A stretch of 18,020 bases of DNA from assembly GCA_031372065.1 (NCBI GenBank), contig JANMKN010000096.1, positions 1 through 18,020 on the forward strand. Direction: 5' to 3'. The position numbers and the translations under genes are program-made. This document shows, in pieces, positions 1 through 10,014 of this stretch; the stretch's first letter is position 1, and each line of letters begins with the position of its first letter. The stretch is from Abditibacteriaceae bacterium (GTDB lineage Bacteria; Armatimonadota; Abditibacteriia; Abditibacteriales; Abditibacteriaceae). The notes under the pieces are model-generated. The model was given only the letters and a program-made list of their open reading frames with translations, did not search any database and was not told where the DNA came from.

Positions 1-113
1 TCGCACGCCGCGCGCGTCGGCGCGATGACAATTACGCGCCCGGTAGGAGGTTCAGCGGCAACAAACGCCTCGTGATCGGGCGGCAAAAAACGGTCTTGGA
101 CAGATTGAAGCAT
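1..113 (-). CDS. 5' fragment of a divergent gene, possibly an SF2 (DEAD/DEAH-box) helicase; runs off the window
   Basis: Hand translation from ATG at 113: MLQSVQDRFLPPDHEAFVAAEPPTGRVIVIAPTRAAC. 'VIVIAPTR' resembles SF2 helicase motif Ia. An in-frame TGA lies upstream (144-146). Only 37 codons are visible and the ORF is not in the supplied track. Confidence 0.5.
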   Translation of the reverse strand, partial: MLQSVQDRFLPPDHEAFVAAEPPTGRVIVIAPTRAAC

Positions 114-290
114 ACGTTTGAACAGTTTACGCAGACATTGCCATCACGAAGCGGCAAAAGTGGATCAGCTTATGCAAAAAACTGTCAATTTAGTGTATTG
201 CGGGCAATAATTAAATCGTCCAAACTTCTCTTTATCCAATTGTCGTAAGTGTGACTGCAACTTTTGAGCGTCAAAAGGTCTTAAATTCTC

Positions 291-3200
291 ATGATTCGTC
301 CGGTCATTCTTTCGTCGGCCCTTGCATTAAGCAGCGCCGTTATTTTGTCATGTGGTGTGGCGCACGCGGCCAAACCAGTGCCCGCCAAAGTTGGCTTTAA
401 CAAAGATATTCGGCCTATTTTGGCTGAAAATTGCTTTCCGTGTCACGGCCCCGACCCAGCGGCGCGTAAGGCGCAGTTGCGACTTGATACCCAAGCGGGT
501 TTTTTCGATAATCGCGGCGATGGCGCGACGATTATCAAAGGCAAACCGCTCGACAGCCCGCTTTTTAAGCGCATCTCATCGCATGATGAAAATGAAATCA
601 TGCCGCCGCCCAAATCGCACAAGCAATTGAAGCCGGAGCAAATCGCGCTTATAAAACAGTGGATTGAAGAAGGCGCGCCGTGGCAGCCGCATTGGTCGTT
701 TCTCAAGCCCGAACGCAGCGCTTTGCCCGCTGTAAAAAACAAAAAATGGGTCAAAAACCCGATTGATAATTTCATTTTGGCGCGTTTGGAACAAGCCGGT
801 TTGCAGCCCGCACCTGAAGCCGACAAATACACTTTGGCGCGTCGCGTGTCGCTGGATTTGACAGGCCTGCCGCCTACGCCGCAAGAACTGGAAAATTTCG
901 TTGGCGATAAAGCGCCGGACGCTTACGAAAAGCTGGTTGATCGCTTGTTGGCAAGCCCGCATTATGGCGAACATCGTGGGCGTTATTGGCTGGATGCGGC
1001 GCGCTATGCCGACACGCACGGCTTGCATTTCGACAACTACCGCGAAATCTGGCCGTATCGTGATTGGGTTATCAACGCCATCAACAAAAACGAGCCGTTC
1101 GATCAATTTACGGTTGAACAAATCGCGGGCGACCTGCTACCCAATCCGACGCAAGATCAACGGGTGGCGACAGGTTTTCATCGTTGCAATACCACCACCA
1201 ACGAAGGCGGCACGATTGTCGAAGAAAATCTGGCGAACTATGCGCGTGATCGTGTGGAAACAACCTCATGGGTGTGGCTCGGCCTGACTTCCAACTGCGC
1301 GGCCTGTCACGATCACAAATTCGACCCGATTACGCAAAAAGACTTCTACTCCATGAGCGCCTTTTTCCGCAACACCACACAAGGCGGCTTGGATGGAAAT
1401 ATCAAAACCGGAAACGGCCCGATTATTACGGTTATCACTGACCCCGACGACTCCAAACGCTGGGACACCTTGCCCGAATTAATCAAAACGGCCAAAGCCG
1501 CCATCGAAACGCGCAAAAAAGAAGCAGCGCCTGATTACGATAAATGGGTGACAAATGTCAAAGCCGAAGATTTCAAAGTGCCAACCGATAAAATGCTGCT
1601 GCACGCGGCTTTAACCGAAGGCGCGGGCGATGAAATTAAAGCGACTTCGAACGAAGCAAAACAATTTAAGGCCACGGGCGCCGTGGAATGGAAAGCCGAT
1701 GGCAAATTAGGCGCGGCGCCGGTCATTAAAAAAGATGTGACGTTTGATTTGGGCGATATTGGCGACTTTGAAAAAGATCAGTCGTTTAGCTATGGCGCGT
1801 GGGTCAAAGGAACGGGCATCGCGGGCGCGGGCATCATCGCGCGCATGGACGAAGGCAGCGATTTCAGAGGCTGGGATTTGTGGGCGCAAGGCAATGAATA
1901 CGCAGCGCATATTATCAACAAATGGCCGGAAAATGCCCTGAAAGTGGCTACCGAAGGCAACGCGCTCAAACCCAACGAATGGCAGCACGTTTTCGTGACG
2001 TATGATGGCTCCGCGAAACCAGCGGGCTTGAAAATTTATGTCAACGGCGTGGCTGCCAAAACCAGAGTTGAGCAGGATTCGCTCAAAGACACTATTCGGA
2101 GCAAAGTGCCTCTGCGCATCGGGCAACGCAGCAAGGGCAGCTTTTTCGAGAACGGGCAAGTGCAGGATGTGCGCTTGTATAATCGCAAATTGGAAGCGGG
2201 CGAAGTGAAATCGCTGGCCGATAATTCCACTTTGCAATCGCTGATTGGCATTGCCGCCGATAAGCGCAACGACGCGCAAAAGAAAAGTCTGCTCGACTAT
2301 TATCTGAACAACGAAGACGCGACTTACAAAACAAACATTGCACAGGTTAGCACGCTTGAAACCGAAAAAACCGTCCTGCAAAACAAGTATCCGATCACTC
2401 ATGTGCAGCAGGAGAAAATGGATTCGACGCCAATGGCGAACATTCTTTATCGCGGCGCTTATGACCAGCCCAAAGATAAAGTCGAAGCCAATGTTTTTTC
2501 TGCGCTCAACCCAATGCCCAAAGACGCGCCGAAAAACCGTTTGGGACTGGCAAAATGGCTGGTGGATGCTGAAAACCCGCTCACGGCGCGGGTCACGGTC
2601 AATCGCTTCTGGCAGGAGGTTTTTGGCAACGGCATCGTGAAGACTTCCGAAGATTTGGGCATTATGGGCGAAGCGCCCTCTCATCCCGAATTGCTTGACT
2701 GGCTGGCCGTCGAATTCCGCGAAAGCGGCTGGGATATGAAGCACATCTTCAAGCTGATGGTGATGAGTTCGGCGTATCGTCAGGCCTCAATCACCACGCC
2801 GCAAAAGCGTGAGAAAGATTTGGAAAATCGCCTGCTTTCGCGCGGCCCGCGCTTTCGCATGGACGCCGAAATGATTCGTGATTACGCTTTAGCTGCCAGC
2901 GGCACGCTTTCGGCGAAACTCGGTGGCCCGCCCGCTAAGCCTTATAATCCCGATGGTTTGTGGGACGTGGTTGGTATGTCGGGCAGCGACACGCGCACTT
3001 ATGTGCGCGACAAGGGCGAAGGGCTTTATCGGCGCAGCGTTTACGATTTTTGGAAGCGAATGTCGCCGCCAGCTAACTTGGAAATTCTCAACGCTCCGGC
3101 GCGCGAAACCAGTTGCCTGCGCCGCGAACGCACCAACACTCCGTTGCAAGCGCTGGTTATCATGAATGATCCGCAATTTGTCGAAGCCTCGCGCAACTTG

Positions 3201-3479
3201 GCACAAACCGCCTTGAAGCAAGGCGGCAACGACGACAAAACGCTGGATGAAATCAGCGAACGCCTGCTGTGCCGCACTTTGAAACCGGCGGAACGACAAA
3301 TTTTAAAAAGCAGTCTGCAAACGCTGCAAGCCGAATTTGCTGCCAAACCCGACGATGCCAAAGCCTTTATCAACGTCGGCGAAAGCAAGCCTGACGACAA
3401 ACTGCCCGCGCCACAATTGGCCGCGTGGACAATGGTTTCCAGCCAGATGCTGAATCTGGACGAAGTCTTGAATAAGTAA
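291..3479 (+). CDS. Planctomycete-type cytochrome c protein: PSCyt1 + PSCyt2 (DUF1549) + LamG/concanavalin-like + PSD1 (DUF1553)
   Basis: Signal peptide (..VAHA). 'FNKDIRPILAENCFPCHGPD' has CxxCH. DUF1549-like motifs 'NPIDNFI..RRVSLDLTGLPPT..WLDAARYADTHG' and 'CAACHDHKFDPI'. LamG-like 'WQHVFVTYDG..IYVNG..IGQR..VQDVRLYNRKL'. PSD1-like 'NRLGLAKWLV..NPLTARVTVNRFW..HPELLDWLA..NTPLQAL'. Confidence 0.92.
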   Translation: MIRPVILSSALALSSAVILSCGVAHAAKPVPAKVGFNKDIRPILAENCFPCHGPDPAARKAQLRLDTQAGFFDNRGDGATIIKGKPLDSPLFKRISSHDENEIMPPPKSHKQLKPEQIALIKQWIEEGAPWQPHWSFLKPERSALPAVKNKKWVKNPIDNFILARLEQAGLQPAPEADKYTLARRVSLDLTGLPPTPQELENFVGDKAPDAYEKLVDRLLASPHYGEHRGRYWLDAARYADTHGLHFDNYREIWPYRDWVINAINKNEPFDQFTVEQIAGDLLPNPTQDQRVATGFHRCNTTTNEGGTIVEENLANYARDRVETTSWVWLGLTSNCAACHDHKFDPITQKDFYSMSAFFRNTTQGGLDGNIKTGNGPIITVITDPDDSKRWDTLPELIKTAKAAIETRKKEAAPDYDKWVTNVKAEDFKVPTDKMLLHAALTEGAGDEIKATSNEAKQFKATGAVEWKADGKLGAAPVIKKDVTFDLGDIGDFEKDQSFSYGAWVKGTGIAGAGIIARMDEGSDFRGWDLWAQGNEYAAHIINKWPENALKVATEGNALKPNEWQHVFVTYDGSAKPAGLKIYVNGVAAKTRVEQDSLKDTIRSKVPLRIGQRSKGSFFENGQVQDVRLYNRKLEAGEVKSLADNSTLQSLIGIAADKRNDAQKKSLLDYYLNNEDATYKTNIAQVSTLETEKTVLQNKYPITHVQQEKMDSTPMANILYRGAYDQPKDKVEANVFSALNPMPKDAPKNRLGLAKWLVDAENPLTARVTVNRFWQEVFGNGIVKTSEDLGIMGEAPSHPELLDWLAVEFRESGWDMKHIFKLMVMSSAYRQASITTPQKREKDLENRLLSRGPRFRMDAEMIRDYALAASGTLSAKLGGPPAKPYNPDGLWDVVGMSGSDTRTYVRDKGEGLYRRSVYDFWKRMSPPANLEILNAPARETSCLRRERTNTPLQALVIMNDPQFVEASRNLAQTALKQGGNDDKTLDEISERLLCRTLKPAERQILKSSLQTLQAEFAAKPDDAKAFINVGESKPDDKLPAPQLAAWTMVSSQMLNLDEVLNK

Positions 3480-3481
3480 TC

Positions 3482-3545
3482 GTAAGGGCGAACCTTGTGT
3501 TCGCCCCATAGCGTATCACAGGGCGAACACAAGGTTCGCCCTTAC
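3482..3545. repeat. REP-like inverted doublet (REPIN/BIME-like)
   Basis: The 25-nt GTAAGGGCGAACCTTGTGTTCGCCC (3482-3506) has a perfect reverse complement at 3521-3545. Each arm is itself a palindrome (GGGCGAAC-5nt-GTTCGCCC) with a terminal GTAA, a variant of the GTAG foot. Confidence 0.85.
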
Positions 3546-3555
3546 AGGAACTATC

Positions 3556-5052
3556 ATGCATCCTTTTGAAGAACAACAATTGCTCGAAACGCGCCGCCAG
3601 TTTTTGGCGCGCAGCAAAAATGTCGTTGGCTATGCGGCGCTGACCAGTTTATTTGGCGAAGCGATGCTGCAAAACATCACTTCGGCTGCCGAAAACCCCG
3701 GCGCGGCGGAAAAAGGGTCGCCCGGCGCGCCGCGTGCGGCGGAATATCGCATTCCCGGCAAAGCCAAAAATGTGATTTACCTGCACATGGTCGGTGGCCC
3801 GGCGCAAATGGATTTGTATGATTACAAGCCAGCGATGGTCGAGCAATACGACAAAGATTTGCCCGAAACCATCCGCAACGGCCAGCGCCTAACAACCATG
3901 ACCAGCGGCCAATCGCGTTTTCCCGTTGCGCCTTCGATTTTCAAATTTGAGCAGGCCGGAAAATGTGGAATGTGGATGAACACGCAGCTTTTGCCCGAAA
4001 CCGCAAAGTGCGTGGATGATATGTGTTTCATCCGCTCGATGCACACCGAAGCCATCAATCATGAACCGGCCATTGTCGCCATGCAAACCGGCAATCAAGT
4101 GGGCGGCAAGCCATGTTTGGGTTCGTGGGCTTCGTATGGTTTGGGTTCGGAAAAGAAAAACTTGCCGAACTTCGTGGTTTTGGTGGCCACGCCCACCAAC
4201 CGCGAACAAGAGCAGGCGATTTCGGCACGCTTGTGGTCGGCGGGCTATCTGCCCGGCGAACACGCGGGCGTTTCGTTTCGCAGCAACGGCGACCCGATTT
4301 TGTATATCAACAATCCGCCCGGCGTTTCCGATGTCATGCGTCGCAAAATGCTGGATGGCCTCAACAAGCTGAACGAAATGAATTACAACAGCGTGGGCGA
4401 TGTGGAAACGCAAACGCGCATCGCGCAATACGAAATGGCGTTTCGGATGCAAACCAGCGTGCCGGAATTGACCGACTTATCCAAAGAAACCGACACAACG
4501 TGGAAACTTTACGGCGAAGAAGCCAAAAAGCCCGGCACTTTTGCCAACCACGCTCTGATGGCGCGCCGCCTTGTCGAGCGCGGCGTGCGTTTTGTGCAAA
4601 TTTACCTCAATAACTGGGACCATCACGGCAATTTAACCGGTCGTATGCCATCGCAATGCAAAGACATTGATCAAGCGACGTTTGGCCTGATTAACGACCT
4701 CAAATCGCGCGGTTTATTTGATGAAACGCTGATAATTTGGGGCGGCGAATTTGGCCGCACGATTTACTCGCAGGGCGGCTTATCGAAGACCAATTATGGC
4801 CGCGACCATCATCCGCGCTGTTTTTCGATGTGGATGGCCGGCGGCGGCGCCAAAGGCGGCACCATTTACGGCGAAACCGACGATTTTTCGTATAACATCG
4901 TCAAAGACCCAGTTCACATCCGCGATTTTCACGCGACGGTTTTGCACCTTTTGGGCATTGACCACAACCGTTTCACTTACAAGTTTCAAGGCCTTGACCA
5001 AAAGCTGACGGGCGTCGAACCGGCGCAAGTGATTAAAGCGCTTATCACTTAA
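3556..5052 (+). CDS. DUF1501 family protein (sulfatase-like), Tat-exported
   Basis: 'ETRRQFL' twin-arginine motif. Family motifs 'KAKNVIYLHMVGGPAQMDLYDYKP', 'ARRLVERGVRFVQI', 'WDHH', 'WGGEFGRT', 'GRDHHP', 'DFHATVLHLLGID'. AGGA precedes the start. Usual partner of PSCyt2/PSD1 genes. Confidence 0.92.
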   Translation: MHPFEEQQLLETRRQFLARSKNVVGYAALTSLFGEAMLQNITSAAENPGAAEKGSPGAPRAAEYRIPGKAKNVIYLHMVGGPAQMDLYDYKPAMVEQYDKDLPETIRNGQRLTTMTSGQSRFPVAPSIFKFEQAGKCGMWMNTQLLPETAKCVDDMCFIRSMHTEAINHEPAIVAMQTGNQVGGKPCLGSWASYGLGSEKKNLPNFVVLVATPTNREQEQAISARLWSAGYLPGEHAGVSFRSNGDPILYINNPPGVSDVMRRKMLDGLNKLNEMNYNSVGDVETQTRIAQYEMAFRMQTSVPELTDLSKETDTTWKLYGEEAKKPGTFANHALMARRLVERGVRFVQIYLNNWDHHGNLTGRMPSQCKDIDQATFGLINDLKSRGLFDETLIIWGGEFGRTIYSQGGLSKTNYGRDHHPRCFSMWMAGGGAKGGTIYGETDDFSYNIVKDPVHIRDFHATVLHLLGIDHNRFTYKFQGLDQKLTGVEPAQVIKALIT

Positions 5053-5071
5053 AGTTTCGATAAACCAAAGC

Positions 5072-5110
5072 GGGGCTGTCACCTTTTAAGGAGACAGCCC
5101 CTTGTTTTGT
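5072..5110 (+). terminator. Intrinsic terminator
   Basis: Stem GGGGCTGTC-a-CCTT / AAGG-a-GACAGCCCC followed by TTGTTTTGT, about 20 nt after the DUF1501 stop. Confidence 0.75.
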
Positions 5111-5120
5111 CTCTGCTTTC

Positions 5121-5777
5121 ATGAATAATCGCCGTCAGAAAATGCCATCGCCGCTGGAAATTGTCGCGGATTTTGTGGCTTTCCCCTTACGCGCTTTGTT
5201 CTTGGAAACCGAAGGCAGATTTGGACTTTCATCCTTGCGCGAAGAGCGCATGAGAATTGTTTGGCGTTTTTGTCTCGGACGGGTTTTAGATGTTGGGTGC
5301 GGGCCGGGCAATCTCTTTATTCGGGAATTTATCGGCACCCAAAACGGCGTGGGCGTGGACTGTTTTGCCTACGAAGGCGTGGAAAATGTGGTGCCCGATT
5401 TAACGCATTTGCCCTTTGAAAACGAAACTTTCGATACCGTGACTCTCATCGCTGTCGGCGGTCATATTCCTCGTTCACAGCGCGCCGCCGAGTTTCAAGA
5501 ATTAGCGCGCGTTTTGAAAAACGGAGGCCGTTTGGTAATGACCGAAGGTGAACCGGTTACGCAATATCTGGTGCATCAGTGGGTTTTCTGGCTGCACAAA
5601 CAACGCGGCACGCAAGATATGGATTCCGAGCGCGGCATGGAAAACGACGAAGAATTTTGTATGCCGCGAGGCGAATTATTAGGTTATCTCAACACGCCGC
5701 CGCTGCGTTTTAAGCGCCGCAAACGCTTTATGTGGCGCTTGAATAATGTTTATGTGGCGCAAAAAGAATCTTCCTGA
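5121..5777 (+). CDS. Class I SAM-dependent methyltransferase
   Basis: 'VLDVGCGPG' motif I, 'LPFENETFDTV', 'ELARVLKNGGRL'. The true start could be the ATG at 5142. Confidence 0.85.
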   Translation: MNNRRQKMPSPLEIVADFVAFPLRALFLETEGRFGLSSLREERMRIVWRFCLGRVLDVGCGPGNLFIREFIGTQNGVGVDCFAYEGVENVVPDLTHLPFENETFDTVTLIAVGGHIPRSQRAAEFQELARVLKNGGRLVMTEGEPVTQYLVHQWVFWLHKQRGTQDMDSERGMENDEEFCMPRGELLGYLNTPPLRFKRRKRFMWRLNNVYVAQKESS

Positions 5778-6823
5778 TGCTGTCTTTGAAATTTGCAAAT
5801 TATGACGAAAGTTGGCGCGCCCGCTGGGACGAATTTGCCGATTTACACGGCACGCTGTTTCACAAAATATCATGGTTGCAAACTTTACAAAAAAGTTTTG
5901 GTTATCAGGCGCGGCATCAATTGATTTTAGATGATAAAAACGAAATCGCTGCCGTTTTGCCACTCTGCATCGCGCGCAATTTGCGCGGTCAACGCGTCGG
6001 CGTTTCGTTACCCTTCGTGCATTTTTTGAATCCGGCGTGCCGCAGTGAAAAAACGCGCGATTTCCTCATTGCACAGTGCCCGAAATTGAGCCGCGATTTA
6101 CATCTGCACTATCTGGAACTGCGTTTGGATTATGAATTATGCGAAACGGTTGAAGCGGGCCGCAATAATGAAAATGTAACCTTTGTTTTGCCTTTGGACG
6201 GCGATGAAAAGGCTGTTTTGGCTTTAGCTTCGGGTGATAACCGGCGTCGCACGCGCCTTGTCTATCAAGGCGACTGGTTCGAAACGTCGCTTGATAAAGC
6301 GCGATTGCCGGAGTTTTACGAAGTCTATCGCAGGCGCCAGAAACAATTGGGTTCGCCCGCGCCTGCGTTGTCGTTTTTTGCCAATATTAGGGGGAAACTG
6401 CCGGAGAATGTGACGCTTCTGACGGTTGCAGATAAGCGACTGCAAAAAGTTGTGGGCGGAATGTTTTTATTGGCCGATGGCGCCACGTTGTATTATCATT
6501 GGGGTGCCACGCGGGTGGAATATAATGCCTATCATCTCAATCATTTTATGTATCGCGAAGCGATTCTCTTCTCGCTGCAAAAGCGATTTCGATTTTTCGA
6601 TTTAGGCCGTTCGCCGCGAAGCGAGCAGGGCGGAACTTACCGCTTTAAAGAGCAGTTTGGCGCGGAGCCGAAATCGCTTTTTTATTATCGTTTCGGCCAA
6701 CAGCCGCAGGATTGGCACAACGCGCAAAAAACGATGAAACCATTGATCGAAATCTGGAAAAAAACGCCAGCGTTTTTGACGGATGGCGCCGGGCATTATT
6801 TAATCGGGCGCGCTTTGCCCTAA
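5777..6823 (+). CDS. FemAB-like GNAT-fold acyl/aminoacyltransferase
   Basis: 'WDEF..GTLFHKISW..FGY', 'YLELR', 'LGSP', 'FDLGRS..GTYRFKEQFGAEP' resemble FemAB-related polysaccharide-locus proteins. TGATG overlap with the upstream gene. Confidence 0.82.
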   Translation: MLSLKFANYDESWRARWDEFADLHGTLFHKISWLQTLQKSFGYQARHQLILDDKNEIAAVLPLCIARNLRGQRVGVSLPFVHFLNPACRSEKTRDFLIAQCPKLSRDLHLHYLELRLDYELCETVEAGRNNENVTFVLPLDGDEKAVLALASGDNRRRTRLVYQGDWFETSLDKARLPEFYEVYRRRQKQLGSPAPALSFFANIRGKLPENVTLLTVADKRLQKVVGGMFLLADGATLYYHWGATRVEYNAYHLNHFMYREAILFSLQKRFRFFDLGRSPRSEQGGTYRFKEQFGAEPKSLFYYRFGQQPQDWHNAQKTMKPLIEIWKKTPAFLTDGAGHYLIGRALP

Positions 6824-6826
6824 CCT

Positions 6827-7492
6827 ATGAATCAAGAAGAATTGCGCTGTTTTTATGATGCAGAAGCGCGGCGTTGGGGCGATTCGGCGCGCACCGCACA
6901 ATATGTCAGCGGGGGCAATTTTCGCTTGTTGCAGAGGCGTCTTTTGGCGTGGACACGCAGCGCGCAACCATTAAAGATTTTAGATGCCGGTTGCGGAACA
7001 GGATTATTCAGCGCGCCTTTGACACGCCGCCATGAAGTGCATGGCGTGGATTTTTCTGATGAAAGTTTGCGTTTCGCTGCGCGGCATGGATTGAAAATTC
7101 GCAATGCCGACTTGAGGGCTTTGCCTTACGAAAATGAAGCCTTCGATTTAGTCTTGTGCATCGGCGTTTGGCAACATTTAGCGGAATGCGAGCCGGTTTT
7201 AATTGAGCTGTCGCGCGTTACGCGGCGCGGCGGTTTGGTCGTGGTCTCCACCATCAATCGCCATTCGGTTCAGCGCCGCGTTTTATCACACTTGTGGCAC
7301 CCCGCCGTGGCTGAGACTCTGCGTGCCTATAACGCGCCCGAATTGCAAAACGATTTTGAAAAATGCGCTTTGCAGGACATCGAATTTTTGAATTTATATT
7401 ATCCTTTGCCCTACGTTACACGGCGGCGAAAAACTAATTGGTTGCAAGATTTTTTCAGTTCGACGGTGGCGATTCGGGGCCGCAAACTTTAA
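6827..7492 (+). CDS. Class I SAM-dependent methyltransferase
   Basis: 'ILDAGCGTG', 'VHGVDFS', 'LPYENEAFDLV', 'ELSRVTRRGG'. Confidence 0.88.
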   Translation: MNQEELRCFYDAEARRWGDSARTAQYVSGGNFRLLQRRLLAWTRSAQPLKILDAGCGTGLFSAPLTRRHEVHGVDFSDESLRFAARHGLKIRNADLRALPYENEAFDLVLCIGVWQHLAECEPVLIELSRVTRRGGLVVVSTINRHSVQRRVLSHLWHPAVAETLRAYNAPELQNDFEKCALQDIEFLNLYYPLPYVTRRRKTNWLQDFFSSTVAIRGRKL

Positions 7493-7507
7493 GTTCAACT
7501 CTCGGTT

Positions 7508-8311
7508 GTGAGCGATTTGTTTTTTACTTTCGATGTCGAGGTTTACGCGCCGCTGCGCCATGACCGCGTTTTTTTGCGCGCTCAGGGCGAGGTATGGCAA
7601 AGCGTGTTGGAGCATTTACAGCGCGCCGCCGTGCGCACTACATTTTTCGTAACCGGTGAGTTTGTGGAAACCTATCCGGTGTTATTTGATGAGATGGTGC
7701 AAAGCGGACATGAAATCGCCTCGCATACCATGACGCACCGGCCTTATTTTTCGATTGGCGACAAAGAATTTGAAAATGAAATCGCGCGCAGCAAAAATTT
7801 TCTCGAAGACGTTTCGCAAACATCAGTTAGCGGTTTTCGCGCGCCGTTGGGGCAAATTCCCTCACACTTGGCGGCGCTTTTGAAAAAGCACGGTTACCAT
7901 TATGATTCTTCGGTTGCCGCCACGCATATTCCCGGCCATTTTCAGGCTTTAGGCGCGCCGCAGCGGATTTATCACGCCTCGTTAGAAGAAGTGCGGCGCG
8001 AAGATGAAAATTCTAATTTCTGGGAAATTCCCATCGCTGTCACTCCAAAAATTCCGCTGCCTTACGGCGGATTTTTTTTGTCGTTTATCGCGCCTGTGGC
8101 ATGGCGTTTTCCGCAAACGCAAAAACAATCGCACGTTATGTTTTCGCATCCGCACGATTTTATAGACATGAGAAAACAGGCTGGTTGTTATGCGTGGGAT
8201 AGATTCAAAATTACGCGCAATAATTGGCGAATGCTGGCGCATTTTTGTCGGCAACGGCAAGGCAGCGATGCGCGCTTATGCCAATTGCCCAAAGGCGAAT
8301 CATGTTTCTAA
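7508..8311 (+). CDS. Polysaccharide deacetylase (CE4/NodB-like)
   Basis: 'FTFDVE', 'TTFFVTG', 'GHEIASHTMTH', 'GFRAP', 'YDSS', 'EIPI..P..GG'. GTG start. Confidence 0.88.
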   Translation: MSDLFFTFDVEVYAPLRHDRVFLRAQGEVWQSVLEHLQRAAVRTTFFVTGEFVETYPVLFDEMVQSGHEIASHTMTHRPYFSIGDKEFENEIARSKNFLEDVSQTSVSGFRAPLGQIPSHLAALLKKHGYHYDSSVAATHIPGHFQALGAPQRIYHASLEEVRREDENSNFWEIPIAVTPKIPLPYGGFFLSFIAPVAWRFPQTQKQSHVMFSHPHDFIDMRKQAGCYAWDRFKITRNNWRMLAHFCRQRQGSDARLCQLPKGESCF

Positions 8312-9006
8312 CACCATTCGCCGCGCTGCCAATTCAAGTGCGACAAGTGTTGGGATTGCCGCGCGCCACAGCCCGCAAATTAGCCGCTGAATTGGCCGCG
8401 CTGCAATGTGATTTTTCGTTCGCGCAACTCGAAGAAACAGCAATTCCGTCTTACACGCATCGGTTGGCGCCCATTCGTTATTTGTTCTTGCGGCGTGTGC
8501 GCGTGGCACTTGATTTAACACGCAAAAATTTGCCCACGCGCAGTGAAATTTTAGATTTCGGTTGCGGTGCCGGGTTGATGACAATCGCTTTAAAACAGCA
8601 TGGTTTCAAGCCTGTTCGCTGCGATATTCGCCCGCAATTTTGCGCGCCTTCGGCACAGGCAATGCCTGGGGCCCAAATCGAAAACTTTGCCGAATTAAAA
8701 CGCTTTCGCGGCTGCGTGGCGTTGGATGTTTTGGAACATTTGAGCGAAAACGAATTACGCGACTTTGCCGCCGGTTTCGCGCCAGATGCTGTGTTGATTG
8801 TATCGGGGCCGACGGAGAATTTTCTTTATCAAATCGGACGACGCGTGGCCGGATTTAAAGGCGGTTATCATCAGCGCGATGTATTTCAAATTTTGCAATT
8901 CCTGCAAAGCGTTGGGTGGAATTTAGAATCGCCGCCGCGTTATATTTTTTCGCGCTGGTTTTGTCCGGCGTTTGTCGTTGTGGCTCTGCACAAAGGCGCG
9001 CTTTGA
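8302..9006 (+). CDS. Class I SAM-dependent methyltransferase
   Basis: 'ILDFGCGAG', 'ALDVLEHL', 'VSGPTEN'. Start placed at ATG 8302, which overlaps the deacetylase end, rather than at 8224. Confidence 0.82.
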   Translation: MFLTPFAALPIQVRQVLGLPRATARKLAAELAALQCDFSFAQLEETAIPSYTHRLAPIRYLFLRRVRVALDLTRKNLPTRSEILDFGCGAGLMTIALKQHGFKPVRCDIRPQFCAPSAQAMPGAQIENFAELKRFRGCVALDVLEHLSENELRDFAAGFAPDAVLIVSGPTENFLYQIGRRVAGFKGGYHQRDVFQILQFLQSVGWNLESPPRYIFSRWFCPAFVVVALHKGAL

Positions 9007-9026
9007 ATCGGGTAAAATTTCAGGCG

Positions 9027-10010
9027 ATGGAACACGAAAAAGCGGCGCGCATCGCCGTTGTCATTCCCTGCTACCAAGTGCGCGACACAATTTTGCAAGT
9101 CATCGCTGGAATCGGCCCGCAGGTCCAGGCGATTTATGTAGTGGACGATGGCTGCCCACAAGAAAGCGGGGCGCACGTCGAAGCCAATTGCCGCGATCCG
9201 CGCGTGGTGGTTTTGCGCTGCGAGAAAAATTTGGGCGTGGGCGGCGCGATGAGCAAAGGCTTCCGACAAGCGTTGCAAGACGGCGCTTTTATCGTGGTGA
9301 AAATGGATGGCGATGGGCAAATGGACGCTTCGTTTTTGTCGCGCTTGGTGCAGCCACTCTTGTCGGGCATGGCCGATTACGCCAAAGGCAACCGCTTTGC
9401 CGCGTCCTATCAAATGCGCCTGCAATTGCAACAACAAATGCCGCTTTTGCGGCGTTTTGGCAACAGCGTTTTATCGTTCGTGCATAAATCCATGTCGGGC
9501 TATTGGAATATCATGGACCCGACCAACGGTTACAGCGCCATTCATCGCGTGGCCTTGGAAAACATTGATCTCGAACGCGTGGCGCGCGGCTATTTTTTCG
9601 AGAACGATATGTTGTTTCAACTGAGCCTGATCGGTGCCGTAGTGCGCGATGTCCCGATGCCGGCGCGTTATGGCGAAGTGAGCAGCAACTTGCAAGTGCG
9701 TCGCGTGTTGTGGGAGTTTCCGCCGCTGATATTGAATCGCTTTTGCAAGCGTTTGTTTTACAAATATTTCATCAACGATTTCAATGTCGCGTCACTGGAA
9801 ATGCTGATTGGACTGCCTTTAGTTGCGGCGGGCACGCTGTATGGCAGTTACCGCTGGATGGGCGGCATTTTGTATAGCTGGGAAAACACATCGGGCACCG
9901 TGATGTTATGCGCTTTGCCGATTATTTTAGGTTTTCAATTGCTGCTTTCGGCGGTTAGCTACGACATCAACAACGTGCCTAAAGTGCCACTGAGCAGCGG
10001 ACTCGAATAA
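9027..10010 (+). CDS. GT2 glycosyltransferase, polyprenol-phosphate glycosyltransferase (DPM/GtrB-like) with C-terminal TM helices
   Basis: 'IAVVIPCY', 'VVDDG', 'NLGVGGA', DxD motif in 'KMDGDGQ', 'KGNRF', 'DPTNGY'. Two hydrophobic C-terminal segments. Start placed at ATG 9027, after the upstream stop. Confidence 0.9.
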   Translation: MEHEKAARIAVVIPCYQVRDTILQVIAGIGPQVQAIYVVDDGCPQESGAHVEANCRDPRVVVLRCEKNLGVGGAMSKGFRQALQDGAFIVVKMDGDGQMDASFLSRLVQPLLSGMADYAKGNRFAASYQMRLQLQQQMPLLRRFGNSVLSFVHKSMSGYWNIMDPTNGYSAIHRVALENIDLERVARGYFFENDMLFQLSLIGAVVRDVPMPARYGEVSSNLQVRRVLWEFPPLILNRFCKRLFYKYFINDFNVASLEMLIGLPLVAAGTLYGSYRWMGGILYSWENTSGTVMLCALPIILGFQLLLSAVSYDINNVPKVPLSSGLE

Positions 10011-10014
10011 ACGA

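Noticed and set aside
114..290. Specific divergent promoter elements
   Set aside because: The region is AT-rich and probably holds promoters, but no convincing -35/-10 pair or operator could be assigned by eye.
1707..2744. 345-aa minus-strand ORF and other antisense or alternate-frame ORFs in the track
   Set aside because: They are shadow ORFs of well-supported + strand genes and have no recognisable motifs.
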